Source: Lama guanicoe
Taxonomy: Eukaryota
DNA: 30,935 nt
NCBI GenBank assembly: GCA_013239625.1
Contig: MU054220.1
Coordinates: 1,054,848-1,085,782, forward strand
Reading direction: 5' to 3'
The first letter of the stretch is position 1, and each line of letters begins with the position of its first letter. Both the position numbers and the translations under genes were made by a program. The notes below the pieces were generated by a model that did not search any database, was not told where the DNA came from, and saw only the letters and a program-made list of their open reading frames with translations. Of this stretch, positions 1 to 11,577 are shown piece after piece.

Positions 1-134
1 ATACCTTTGTAACTTATTTAAATTCCATACACTCAAACATTATGAAATACAAACTGTTGCTATAAATCTGCTTTTTCTCCGTCTTAATAGAATGCAGGGA
101 TTAATTTTTATACTATGTAGTTCCTATAATTATC

Positions 135-368
135 ATTAACTTTTGTTGAGTTTTGCTGTGTTCTAGGCACCATACTAAGTACTTTATATGCATTATTTCA
201 TTTACATCTTCGCAACAATCCTACTAGGTTGGTACACTATTATCTATATTTTAAAGGAAAGGAAAATGTGGTTAGAAGAAGGTAAATGGCTTGCCCAAGT
301 CATGACAAAAAAAAATAAACAATAGAGGAGCTTGTATTCAAAATCAGGAAGTCTGTCTCTAGCTCTTT
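135..368 (-). mobile_element. MIR SINE, degraded
   Basis: MIR-like blocks: ctaagtactttatatgcattatttcattta, aacaatcct, aggaaaatgtgg, ggcttgcccaagtcatg, gtattcaaaatcagg..tctgtctc. Boundaries approximate. Confidence 0.75.
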
Positions 369-589
369 ATAATACTTCTCCAGTACAGATCCAATTTACT
401 TCTGGGAATCAGCAATGTCAGAGTTTGGACAAAGCTACCACCTAGGACCGCATGTAATTCGTGGCAGTTATTTTGCGAACCTATGAGGTGTAAAGTCAGA
501 TTTAATGAATTCAAGGGTCTATTTGACAGACCCAGAATTTTTGTACACTACAATTCTTCCAGCACCCTGAATTATGTCAACTCATATGC

Positions 590-682
590 TCTTTAAAGAT
601 GAGGAAACTGAAGCCCAGAGAGGAAGCACAATTAATGAATTAGTAGTAGATAAGAATCCAAGTCTTCTAATGCCCAGCACAG
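590..682 (-). mobile_element. MIR core fragment
   Basis: Contains the MIR core signature agatgaggaaactgaagcccagagagg, followed by gaatccaagtcttctaa. Confidence 0.6.
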
Positions 683-1797
683 AGATTTTTCCCCCCACAA
701 CTATATCTTACCTTCCTTAAGCTACATTAAGGTGAGAGTATACAAGGGGAAAATCGCCATACGGTGACAAAGGGAATTAACATTTATATCTTATCTTCAA
801 CAATTCCTGTTTTGATTCTCTAAGAAAAAGGATCATATTGCTAGGACCACATGCATTGCAGCAGAAATAAAGTCTTGCCTGGTTAGAACAAGATCTAGAA
901 AAGCTTGAATATAATCAGAATTTAAAATGCCCATGAGATTAGAGTTTAATATATGTTCCCAACCACAGCAAAGGGTACTTTGTTTCATCGCAAATGCTTT
1001 ATTTTACTATATTCTCCTTTTGGATCTAAATTTGTGAGCTGATGATTTCTTTCAAAATATAGAGTCCAAATGCTTTGTCTTCAATCCCATGCTGACCTAA
1101 AAACAGACTTAGGAATGCATAAATTGTAAACCTCTTCTTCATAAACTATAGCTAAATCCATATACAGTGAGGAGAACAAATGTTTCTGCAAAATATCCTA
1201 AAATATCTAAAGGTAATCTGCCACAAAATATCAGAAAGTAAAGCTTTAATGATTTAAATTATAAACCCCTTGGGAGAAAATGGAAATGTAGAAACTGGTT
1301 TATAAATCAGCAATTCTAGTTCACTCACCGTGGTTGCCTCTGTAGTTAAGGAGTATGCCCAGTGTATTCAGGAACAAGAAATAACCATTGCATGTAATGT
1401 CATATCATGTGTATTGCTTAAGTCCCCATTGACTGGACAATTCCATAGGAAGCAGATATGTCAAGATGATGCAAATTTATTCAAATGGATTCAGCAAGCA
1501 TTTTTAAAGTTCCAATGCTTTGGAAATTTAAGTTAAAGGAAAAACAAATGAATGCTATGTTGAATTTGAAACCCCAAATCCTTAGGTATTAATGGGAATC
1601 TTCTGATCTTCAACACCTGCTCTATGGTGTCAGAACAAGAGATATAAATGTTTCTATTACTTAATAAGCCTCTCAATCTGCTCTTGAAACAAGAAAACAG
1701 CTTAGTGAATCTGAGTGTTTAGAGAGGATGCTGAGAACGTCAAAGGATCTGTCTTTCTATCTAGACCTTTGTCCTCCCAGGAGTTAATTATCTCTGG

Positions 1798-1926
1798 GTT
1801 TGTTTTCTTTCTTTTTTTTTTTCTTTCTTTCTTTCTTTTTTTTTTTTTTTTTCTTTTTTTCTTTTTTTTTTTCTTTCTTTCTTTCTTTTTTTTTTTCTTT
1901 CTTTCTTTCTTTTTTTTTTTTTTTTT
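1798..1926 (+). repeat. T-rich / (TTTC)n low-complexity tract
   Basis: About 130 bp almost entirely T with interspersed C; it produces the spurious poly-Phe ORF. Confidence 0.95.
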
Positions 1927-2074
1927 AGATTTTGCCTAGAAGCAGATATTTAGGAGAACTCATCCATGAACACATCTCCACCTCATTGGTTCTTTTTCCT
2001 GCACTTTAAACTAATATATTAACAGCCTACATTCCTGGTCTGGACATTTATGTGATAAAGCATTCCTCAAACAA

Positions 2075-2165
2075 GCCCTTGGGTATCATGAACTGGGACA
2101 TGAAGGACTCTAAATGCTGTGTAGATAACCCCAAGGGGTTCCATCCAGGTGTCATACCCCTGAGA
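2075..2165. promoter_or_regulatory. Cluster of O/E (EBF)-like sites, candidate OR promoter
   Basis: GCCCTTGGGT (2075-2084), CCCCAAGGGG (2129-2138) and CCCCTGAGA (2157-2165) resemble CCCNNGGG EBF sites, which are known to be enriched in OR promoters. Motif match only. Confidence 0.3.
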
Positions 2166-2684
2166 AAATTTCCACACTGCCTGAGGTCACCAGAGGAGGT
2201 TGAGATACTGAGTCAGTCTCTCTACTGTACTATAAACACATCAGGACACACTCTGTCTTACAGGAATCTTGGGACTTGCCAAATTTTCAGGGGAAGTAAT
2301 ATCTAGACTTGGAAGCCAAACAGAGGCAAAATTCTAGTGCCAACACTTTCAGTGCAGAAATATAAAAAGATTTATTTTTATGCCTTCCCATTGACTTTTT
2401 TTTTAGGAGTTTGGGATTTCCACTGGCCATTCAATGAAAGAAGTCTACCTAGGCAAACAGATTTCTTCAAAATTTCTTCACACATACTACCCTCAGGACA
2501 GTAGAGAATGGAGAAGCCAAATATGTTCTGCCATCTTGAAGTACTCTGAAGCCTAGAAGAGAGATTGTTGTTTTAAATCACATACTTAAAGCAGCTAAAG
2601 CAGTTATTATATTTAAATGTATGGCTAGGCAGTGGATGGAGAATTGGAAAGGACTAATAATAGCAGCTATCATCACTGAATAGT

Positions 2685-3597
2685 GTGTCCTTTTTCCAAT
2701 CAATATAGTGTATTACACTGATTGATTTTCATATATTGAATCAACTCTGCGTTCCCAGGATAAATTCCACCTGCACTTGGTATATAATATATTTTATAAG
2801 ATACTGAATTCAGTTTGCTAGTATTTTGTTGAAGATTTTATGTCTATATTCACAAGAGATATTGGTTATAATTATATTTTATTAGTCAAAGTTTAATGTT
2901 TATATAAATATTTATAAAGTATTTTACTTTACTTATAGTTTTATTTTCTTTGATATCTTTGTCTAGTTTTGATATCAGGATAATACTGGTCTTATAGAAT
3001 TGGGAAGTGTTGGGAAGTGTTCCCTACTCTTTTATTTTTGGAAGGGTTTGTGAAGGATTGGTGTATTGGTGTTAATTTTTCCTTAAATGTTTGGTAAAAT
3101 ACTCAGGTGAAGACATCCTGGCTAGCATTTTTCTTTGTGGGAAGTTTTAAATTACTGATTCAATCTTTTTACCTGTTAAAAGTATATTCTGATCATTTAT
3201 TCCACTTAAATCTGTTTCAGCATTTTGCGTCTTAAATAATTTGTTCACTTCATCTATGGTACATAAATTGTTGGCAATTATAAATTGTTCGTGGTACCCC
3301 TTTATGTCTTTTTTATTTTCGTAATTTTGGTAGTAATGTCTCCACATTCACTCCTCATTTCTTATTTGAGACTTCTATCTTTTTTCCTAGTCACACTACC
3401 TAAAGTTTTGTCATTTTGATGATCTTTTCAAAGAACCCACTTTATGTCTTGTTTTCTTTTTTATATTCTCTACTCTTTTCTCTAATTTATTTGTTTCTGC
3501 TCTAAACTTTGTTCCTCCCTTCCTGTTTCCTTTGGTTTTAGTTTGTCCTTTTTTCCTAATGTCTTCAGGGGAAAAGTTAGGTTACTGATTTGAAGTC
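2685..3597 (-). mobile_element. LINE-1 ORF2 fragment (RT-proximal part), interrupted by an LTR
   Basis: Antisense L1 sequence. ORF 3147-3347 (IKGYHEQF..NNL..DEVNKLF) resembles L1 ORF2 IREYYEQLYANKLDNLEEMDKFL. Confidence 0.85.
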
Positions 3598-4095
3598 TGT
3601 GGGAAAACAAGTCAACATGATGTCTCCATGAGAATAAGAATACAAAAAGTTTCCTTGTGTGTGGCCTGGGGTGCGGCTCGGAACTAAGATGTTTCCTCAG
3701 GGCAAACAGTGCTGGTCTGGAACATGGAGCCATATATGAGCGAAACACTGCTCCGGCATATACACATGCCGTGTGCCTAAGGGAGTCACTGAAGTTTCTG
3801 TGACGTTCATCGGCCCCCTCACAAGGGGAACAGATGGTGTCATAAAGATGATTAATACTGCTTCGCTGTTCTTAGAGTATTGGGGTTTTGTAGATTGTTA
3901 TTCCTGCTTTGAATTACTCAGAGTTATTTCTGCAACACTATTAATAAATACGATGTGAACCAGCCATTCAGGGCCCTTAATCCTTGAGATCTTGAGTCCC
4001 TTTGTCCCATCTTTGATTCTCTATCTGTCTGTGTGTTTCTTAAGTTCTGCGGCACCCGTCCATAAGCAAGAACCTTTGTTGTGCTGGATGCAACA
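3598..4095 (+). mobile_element. Solo ERV LTR (498 bp), probably class II/ERVK-like
   Basis: Begins TGTGGG and ends CAACA. Flanked by a 6-bp TSD, GAAGTC (3592-3597) / GAAATC (4096-4101). AATAAA at 3943-3948. GC- and CpG-richer than the flanks, and it splits a contiguous L1. Confidence 0.85.
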
Positions 4096-5030
4096 GAAAT
4101 CTTTCTTCTTCTATTAAAATGAATATTTATAGCTATAAATTTCCCACTAAGCACTGATTTACATGTATCCAATAGGTTATAGTACATTGTGTTTTCATTT
4201 TTATTTATTTCAATTAATTTTCTAATTTTATTATGATTCCTGCTTTGACCAGTTGATTATTTAGGAGTATGTTGTTTAATTTCCACATATTTGTGGATTT
4301 CCCAAATTTCCTCCTGTTATGATTTTCAATTTCATTACATTGTGGTCAGAGAACATACTTTGTGAGATAAAGTATTTAAATTTGTTGAGTCTTGTTTTAT
4401 GGCCTAACGTGTGGTCTAACCTGAAGAATATCCATGTTTACTAGAGAAGAGTTTTTATTCTGCTGTTGTTGAATGGGGTGCTTTAAGAATATCTGTTAAG
4501 TGTAGTTGGTTTATAGCATTGTTTAAGTCTTCTATTTGCTTGTTGAACTTCTGACTTGCTTTCTATTTCTATTTATTATTGAAAGTGGGTTTTTAAAATC
4601 TCCCACTTTTGTTGTTGAATTGTTTATTCATCCTGACTATTGTGCCAGTATTATATGTGTATTTATGTATTCTAGGGACCTCTTAGATACATATATGTCT
4701 ATGATTATTCTATCTTGATTAATTGACTATTTTATTATTATAAAATGTCCTCTTTATTCTCTAGTGACAACTTATGGCTTAAAGTCTGTTTTTCTTATAT
4801 TAGTATTATTCAGTCTTTCACCTCTCCTTTTGTTATGATTTCCATGATAAACATTTTTTCACTTTTTCACTTTCTGCTTATTTGTGTCTTTGAATCTAAA
4901 GTATGAATCTTGTAGACAAAATATATATGGATCATGTTTTTATCTGTTCTGCCAATCTCTGCCTTTTAATTGAGATGCTAAACCATTTATATTTTATTTA
5001 ATTATTGGTAAGGTAGGGTTTACATCTTAC
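4096..5030 (-). mobile_element. LINE-1 ORF2 fragment (endonuclease side), continuation of 2685-3597
   Basis: Minus-strand translation YYNLLDTCKSVLSGKFIAINIH matches L1 ORF2 YQNLWDTAKAVLRGKFIALNA. Confidence 0.85.
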
Positions 5031-5034
5031 ATCC

Positions 5035-5345
5035 ACTCCTACTAGTCTCTCCCCTTCATTCTTTCCCCTACCCCCAGGTCCATAAAACCATGAGAACCTT
5101 ATGTTCAGGGCTCCCTCAGCAATGAGATGACTCCCACACCTCTACCAGTCCACCTGACTCTTGGCTGGTGCAATGTTCCATGAGGGATAATGGAGCAAGA
5201 TGCTTACACTAGTTTTAGCCTCTTCATTATATTATCTCAGCCATTGATTAAGGCTTGACTTTTATTTTCATTTCTGGCTTATTAATTTATTAACTACTCT
5301 GTCATCTGACAGCTCAACTCTCTCTTCAGCTCAGCTGAGCCCGTG
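5035..5345 (+). mobile_element. Possible old LTR fragment between two L1 copies
   Basis: Non-L1, C-rich segment with a TATA-like CATAAAA and a degenerate polyA-like ATTAAG. No termini or TSD identified. Confidence 0.25.
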
Positions 5346-5349
5346 AGTA

Positions 5350-6070
5350 TATACATAAAATTATGTTATCTGTGAATAATGATAGTTTTATACATTCTTT
5401 TTCAATCTTCATATTTTTCATTTTATTTTCCTGTCATAATGCACTGGATAAGACCTCCAGTATTATATTGAATTGTAGTGCTTGTAGTGGGCATTCTTAA
5501 CTTGTTTCCAATCTCAAGGGGAAAAAAAGTGTTTAATTTTCCCTGTGAAATACATTGAAATTTATTGAACTTTTGTAGTTCTTTACCAGCAAAGATAATC
5601 TTTACCAGCAAAGAATTTCTGGTATTAGTATTTGCTGAGAGTTCTAATATGAACAGCTATTGATTTTATCATGTTTTTCTGCATATATTGAGGTAACCCT
5701 GCAGATTTTCTCCTTTATTCTACTAAAGTGATATATTATATTGAATTAATTGCTAATGCTAAAATAATCTTGCATTCTTGGAACAAACACAATCTGAATA
5801 AGGCATATTACTCCTTTTTATACATTGCTGAATTAACTTTACTGATATTTACTTTGGATCTTTTATTTACGTTCGTATGAAAATCATTTGCAATTCTTTG
5901 TCAGATTTTAACATCATGCTTATTTAGCTGTCACTTCTTTGAGAAAAAAATTTGTACAATGAGTATTCTTTTTTCATAAATATTTTGTAGAATTCACTGG
6001 AGAAGCTATCAGGGCCCAAGTTCTTCTTTGAGGCAAGGTTTTAATTACAGGTTCTAGTTAATATATAGAG
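5350..6070 (-). mobile_element. Older LINE-1 ORF2 RT fragment (second copy)
   Basis: 5440-5530 corresponds to the frameshifted FPLRSGTRQGCPLSPLLFNIVLE motif. About 5725-5830 is homologous to about 2705-2800, so this is an independent copy. Confidence 0.75.
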
Positions 6071-6094
6071 AAATGTTCGTATTTTAATTTAAGT

Positions 6095-6170
6095 TCATTT
6101 GTATCATTTTTTTAGATTCCACATAGAAGTGATATCACATTATTTGTCTTTCTTGGTCTGACTTAGATCA
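6095..6170 (-). mobile_element. Short L1 3' fragment
   Basis: ttcatttgt..ttttagattccacata..gtgatatc..tttgtctttct..gtctgactta aligns with 17888-17960 in this window. Confidence 0.7.
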
Positions 6171-6400
6171 CTTCTTAAACACAGTCAGAAAAGTACTGCA
6201 AACCCAACCCAGGTGGCTCTCCCCTGCCCCCTTGGTCACAGATGCCTTGGCCACAAGAAAGGATAAACTGGCTTGGCTACCATTTTGGTTGAAGCTGCTA
6301 ATTCTAATCCTCTGGGAGTTGAGAGATCAAAGACTCCCTACCTCCTTGCACTTGAAAAATACCTATTTAAATATTTCCTTGTAACCACACTTGAAAATGT

Positions 6401-6478
6401 TGATATTCTTCAATTCCTCTATGCCATTTGTAGTTTTTCCTAATTTGTGTATGAGAAAGTTTACTTGCAGTAAGACTA
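6401..6478 (+). repeat. 78-bp perfect direct repeat, copy 1
   Basis: tgatattcttcaattcc...gcagtaagacta is identical to 7818-7895. Confidence 0.95.
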
Positions 6479-6479
6479 C

Positions 6480-7430
6480 TGTATTATTATATATATATAT
6501 GTCATTTTGTACAATTTGGATCATAATATATAAGCTGTTTAACATCTTCTGTTTTACACTCAATATTATGTTGGAAGAATCTTTCCACACAATTAATTCT
6601 CCTTGCAAATAACCTCAGCATTCACCTAATATTTCATAACTATAATTTATTTAATTGTTCCTCTTTATGGAGACATTTGGATTGTTGTAACTTTTTCATT
6701 ATCACAAAAATGTGAAATATAAACTGCATGCACAATTTTTGTTCATATTCTTTATCTGGAATACATCCCTAAGCAAAAGGAGTACTGAATCAAGGGTCGT
6801 GATCAGTTATTAAGCCCTTATTATTATATGGAGTTAAACTTCTTTCCAGAATATTTTGTATCAACACACTCTCACCAACACTAAGTAATATAACTGTCAT
6901 AAATCTTTGTTAATTTGCCAGTTTAAAGTATTTCACTGTCTTTAAATTGTATTCTTCTTTGATGATTTATGAAACAGAAGATTTTTTTAGACATCTAATG
7001 TTTTCTCTAAGCATCTTTTTATATTAGTTTTGTCTTTGTTTTTAAAACAGTTAGTTTTAAAACCTATTTCTATAATGGTTACCTGTGATATTTGTTGCAA
7101 GTATTTTTCCATTGTATTCTATATTTTTATGTAGTTGAACTCATTAGCTTTGCCTTGGTTTTTATACCATCACATTTGCTTAATGCTCTTTCCCATCCAG
7201 AGATTATGTATATATTGATTTATTTATTTTTCTGTTTTTGAAAAAATTTGTGTTCTACTTTAAGTCTTTAATGCATTCTATTCTTTTCCCTCTTTTTCTT
7301 TTTTATTTTATTTTATTTTATTTTACTTATTTTTGGTGATGGCATAAAGAGAATATTTACTGTATTTTGAAAGATGCCTATCCAGTTGTTTAAAAAAGTC
7401 TTCTATGAACTATACATAATATTCCTTTAA
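6480..7430 (-). mobile_element. Ancient L1 (L1M-type) 3' region, heavily decayed
   Basis: atttaattgttcctctttatggagacatttggattg, ggaatacatccctaag..gtactgaatcaaggg and ctctcaccaacac are degraded antisense L1 3' motifs. Confidence 0.6.
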
Positions 7431-7817
7431 ACTTTCTTTAAAAATGATGGCCTTTTGCTCTTTGATCATACTTGCTTTTTGTTGAGCTTATCTGTGCTCA
7501 TTAGTTTTATCTGTACTTTTAAAATACTAAAAAGCCTTTGAATTCATTTATAAATTCCAGTATTTTTCTATTACCTGATGTATTGATTTCTGCATTCAAC
7601 CTTTTTCCTGAATATAATTGGTTGTTCTTCTAACCTCTTGAGTTGAGTACTTAATTTTCTCTCTTCATTTATGTTTTTCCTTAATATTATAACAATCATA
7701 TATTTCAAAGATAATAATAATAGTATGTGGGGGGGGGTTATTTTTTTATCAGGAATTTAGGGTATGTGGAAAGCTATGCATTTTACTTTTAAGATAAAAT
7801 CTTGGCCTACATAATAA

Positions 7818-7895
7818 TGATATTCTTCAATTCCTCTATGCCATTTGTAGTTTTTCCTAATTTGTGTATGAGAAAGTTTACTTGCAGTAAGACTA
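7818..7895 (+). repeat. 78-bp perfect direct repeat, copy 2
   Basis: Identical to 6401-6478. Confidence 0.95.
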
Positions 7896-8625
7896 AGGTC
7901 TGTACCTAACATCACATAGCTGCTAATCAATGCAAACAGAATGAAAAAAATAGTCTATCTGACTACACAGAGCCCACTCCATCCAGCAAATTATTATGCT
8001 TTAGTTTCCTACCTTAAAAGTTCTTGTTTTCTAAATAGATCTAGAGAATTTTTCATAGTCTTCCCTAAGTTGAGTTTGATTTGCAAGATTCCTCTGAAAC
8101 CTAAACATGACAGAAGTTCTGCAAATAGTTTCAGATAAATCTGGGGGACACGGCATTGCATCAAGCTGATTTATCCTCTTCAGAATATTCTTTCTTCCTG
8201 TTTGATGGCATCCTTAGATCATTTTATTTGAATGTAATGTAAGTTCACAAATCTAACTGCCAGTTACACCTTACTAAAGCCTTAAACACTCACTCAGTTC
8301 AGTTTTTTCCTGAAATGTGACTGTATTATCCCTAATTTCAAATTGGATGCACCTGATGTTTTATATTCACCCTGAAACAAATTAAAACTGAGAAAAATAA
8401 CAAACTGCAGCTTAGCCTCATCAGCACAAGTGACTAGAGAAGAGACGCAAGAGAGTAAATTCTCAGGAATTCAAGCCACTGCCCCTCCTTCCAAGTCCTC
8501 TTTTTATTACTGTTTTGCTATGGGAGAAAATACTACGGCAATTGTTGGGAGAATATCAATCCATGTACAGTTACAGAAAGGTGCCGAGAATGTTAACAGT
8601 CATAAAACCATGTTTGTGTATATGA

Positions 8626-8626
<1 letters not shown>

Positions 8627-8672
<46 letters not shown>
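8627..8672 (+). repeat. Compound (TG)n(AG)n microsatellite
   Basis: Read directly from the sequence; about 210 bp upstream of the OR start codon. Confidence 0.95.
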
Positions 8673-8679
<7 letters not shown>

Positions 8680-8880
8680 CTGTGTGTCCATTATGTAACT
8701 AATAACGTGGCCTAACTTTAAGTCTCGGGTTTATCTTCTTGGGTTTCTTGTCAGTTTTACAGAAAATAATCCTAACAGAAATTCCTATGCTTGATCAAAA
8801 TTTATCCTCCACAGTTGTAATCCCTGAGCTATTTACAGAGAAATCCGTTATCCAAATGCCGAACTGGATTCACGGAGCGA

Positions 8881-9804
8881 ATGAACAACGTGACGGAATT
8901 CCTCCTGCTCGGCCTGACGCAGACCCCAGATGTGCAGAAGCTCCCTTTTGCTGTGTTTACAGTCATCTACTTTCTTACTGTAGCAGGCAACCTACTCATT
9001 GTTGTGACAGTCACCACTAGCAGAGCCCTGGGGGAGCCCATGTACTTTTTCCTGTCTTTCTTATCCTTCATAGACTGCTGCTGCTCAACTACCATGGCCC
9101 CCAAAATGATATTTGACTTACTTGCTGAAAAGAAAACTATCTCCTTCAGTGGGTGCATGACTCAGCTCTTTGCAGAGCACTTCTTTGGGGGAGTTGAGAT
9201 CATCCTGCTCACGGTGATGGCCTATGACCGCTACGTGGCCATCCGCAAGCCCCTGCACTACGTGATCACAATGAATAGGCACATGTGTGGCCTCCTGGTG
9301 GCCCTGGCCTGGGCCGGAGGATTTCTTCATGCTCTGATTCAAATTCTTTTTATAGTCTGGTTGCCCTTCTGTGGCCCCAATGTCATTGACCACTTCATCT
9401 GTGACCTTTTCCCTCTGCTAAAGCTCTCCTGCACTGATACTCACATCTTTGGACTTTTTGTTGCTGCCAACAGTGGGCTGATGTGTATGCTTATCTTTTC
9501 CATTCTTATCACCTCCTACATTCTCATCCTTTGCTCTCTAGGAACGCACAGCACTGAGGGACAACGGAAGGCTCTCTCCACGTGTGCCTCCCATGTTACT
9601 GTAGTCGCCCTGTTCTTTGTACCCTGTATATTCGTGTACCTTCGGCCCATGGTCACCTTCCCTACTGATAAAGCGGTGGCTGTGTTTTATACCATAGTAA
9701 CACCCATGTTAAACCCTTTAATCTACACCCTCAGAAACTCAGAGGTGAAAAATGCCATGAGGAGACTCTGGGGCCAAAGAGTAACCTTGGGTAACAATTC
9801 ATAA
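8881..9804 (+). CDS. OR4C5: Olfactory receptor family 4C, OR4C5-like, 307 aa
   Basis: Intronless 7TM ORF with the NVTEF sequon, [17 protein letters not shown](R)[14 protein letters not shown] and PMLNPLIY. Segments such as [34 protein letters not shown] match recalled human OR4C5. Likely splice acceptor at tttatcctccacag (ends 8814). The OR call is firm; the symbol is less so. Confidence 0.9.
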   Translation: MNNVTEFLLLGLTQTPDVQKLPFAVFTVIYFLTVAGNLLIVVTVTTSRALGEPMYFFLSFLSFIDCCCSTTMAPKMIFDLLAEKKTISFSGCMTQLFAEHFFGGVEIILLTVMAYDRYVAIRKPLHYVITMNRHMCGLLVALAWAGGFLHALIQILFIVWLPFCGPNVIDHFICDLFPLLKLSCTDTHIFGLFVAANSGLMCMLIFSILITSYILILCSLGTHSTEGQRKALSTCASHVTVVALFFVPCIFVYLRPMVTFPTDKAVAVFYTIVTPMLNPLIYTLRNSEVKNAMRRLWGQRVTLGNNS

Positions 9805-10904
9805 GAGTAGACAAGATAAAAACAAAATCTATTCATATTATAGGAGCAAGGGTGACTAATAGAAAGGATAATGGTTTGCAAGTCAAAATATGTGACTTTA
9901 AGTATATTTTGCTCCACCTGCTTTCTGAAATCTTTAATGTTCCTCTGAGTTGATTCAATGATGACTAAAGCCTCTTCCAGTTAGAAACTTCTTTGCATCT
10001 ACAAATTACTATGAATCAAAGGGGCATTGCTAATCAACATAAAAATCACAGGGTATGGGAAATCTTTATTGATGTATTCAGCAAAAACAATTTTCTTAAA
10101 GCTTCAGGTTTAGATTGTATAACCAATAGGCCAAATAATTAAAACATCTAAATAATAATTCCTAATGGCTATTTTGTTTAAAATGCATACTTTTAATTCC
10201 AACTATTGTAGTCAAGGTAGATTTACTATTGTGAGAGATAGAAATCAGTCAGAAATGAATGAATTTTAAGTAATGAGAGAGTCATTAAAGAAGGACTTTT
10301 CCCAAAATTAGCACCACAGTGCTGCACAATTCCAGGGGGCTCCATTTATGTTGTAATCTGGACTCTTAGAATAAACTATTTTCTATGCCTAAAGCCAAAG
10401 AAGGATATAAAATTCTTTCAGGTACAACTGTAGAGCAATCTTGCACATGCTTTCTCAGGCAGAAGATATTTTGTGGAGCACTTTTTTTGTAAAAGACATT
10501 CAAAGTAGCTTTCATTGGATGGATTTGTGCCTTAGCTAATAGAATCAAAAGAATCTGGTACAAAAAAAAAAGTTGATGATACCTGAGTAATCAAGACAGA
10601 AAGTGTACAATTCAAATTTGAACAGAAAATTGCAGACCAATTGCAGACCAAAGAGATGGGAAATAATTTGAGATATAGACACAGTGCAGTTTTAAGAAGA
10701 AGAATGCAGATAAAAGAAGGGGATCCAGATCTGGACCAGGACAGAAGTCCTGCAAATCCTAGCAGTTTTACTTCTACCTTCATAAGGACTGAATCAACCC
10801 AAATGACTCCATAGGCATGCCTAGATCTTATGTTAATTATTTATTACATACACATTAATATTCAACAGTTTAGTAAACAATTCATTCTAAATGGGAGTTC
10901 GGGG

Positions 10905-11577
10905 AAAGGGATGTGGGGAAAAGGGAACCCTTGAGCACTATTGGTGGGAAAGTAAATTGATGCAGCCCCTATGGAAAATGGTACGGAGGTTCCTCAAAAA
11001 AAATAAATAAATAAAAGTAGTATATTATCCAGTAATCCCTCTTCTGGGTATTTATCTAAAAGGACTGAAATTTGGATCTCAAGGAAGTATTTGCACTCTT
11101 ATGTTTGTATCAGCATTATCCACAATAGCCAAGATGTGGAAACAACCTAAATGTCCATCAATGGATAAATCAATTATTTAATGTGGTACATGCATGCATG
11201 GAATATTATTCAGCCTTTAAAAAGAAGGAAATCGTGCCATTTGTGACAACACGGATGAAACTTGAGGTCATTATTCAAAGTGAAATGTAGGTAATAGAAG
11301 ACCAAATACTGCATAATTTCAAGTACATGAATTATATAAAATAGTCAAACTCATAGAAAGAGTAAAATAATGTTTTCTAGGGGCTAGGGAAAAGTAGGAA
11401 AGAGAAGTGATTATTCAATAGATACGGAGTTTCAGTCTGAGAAGATTTAAAAAGTTGCGGTGAGGGTGGAGTCATTTGCACAACAATGTGAATGTATTTA
11501 ATGCCACTGAACTGTGCATTTAAAATACTTAAAATGATAAGTTTAATGTTGTGTGTATTTTGCCACAATAAAAAAGT
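10905..11577 (+). mobile_element. LINE-1 3' end (L1MA/L1MB-type), 5'-truncated
   Basis: ORF2 C-terminal sequence (cacaatagccaagatgtggaaacaacctaaatgtccatca), then a 3' UTR ending tgtgtattttgccacaataaaaaa. Confidence 0.9.

Noticed and set aside
1715..1939. Phe-rich 74-aa ORF
   Set aside because: It is the translation of a T-rich simple tract with a GTG start.
3001..5614. Short tandem duplications (TGGGAAGTGT x2 at 3001, ATTGGTGT x2 near 3057, 16-bp repeat at 5580/5599)
   Set aside because: These are ordinary slippage duplications inside dead L1 DNA. They have no spacer structure and are not CRISPR-like.
10310..10362. Possible MER91-like hAT fragment (tgcacaattccagggggctccatt)
   Set aside because: Too short, and no termini or TSD were found.
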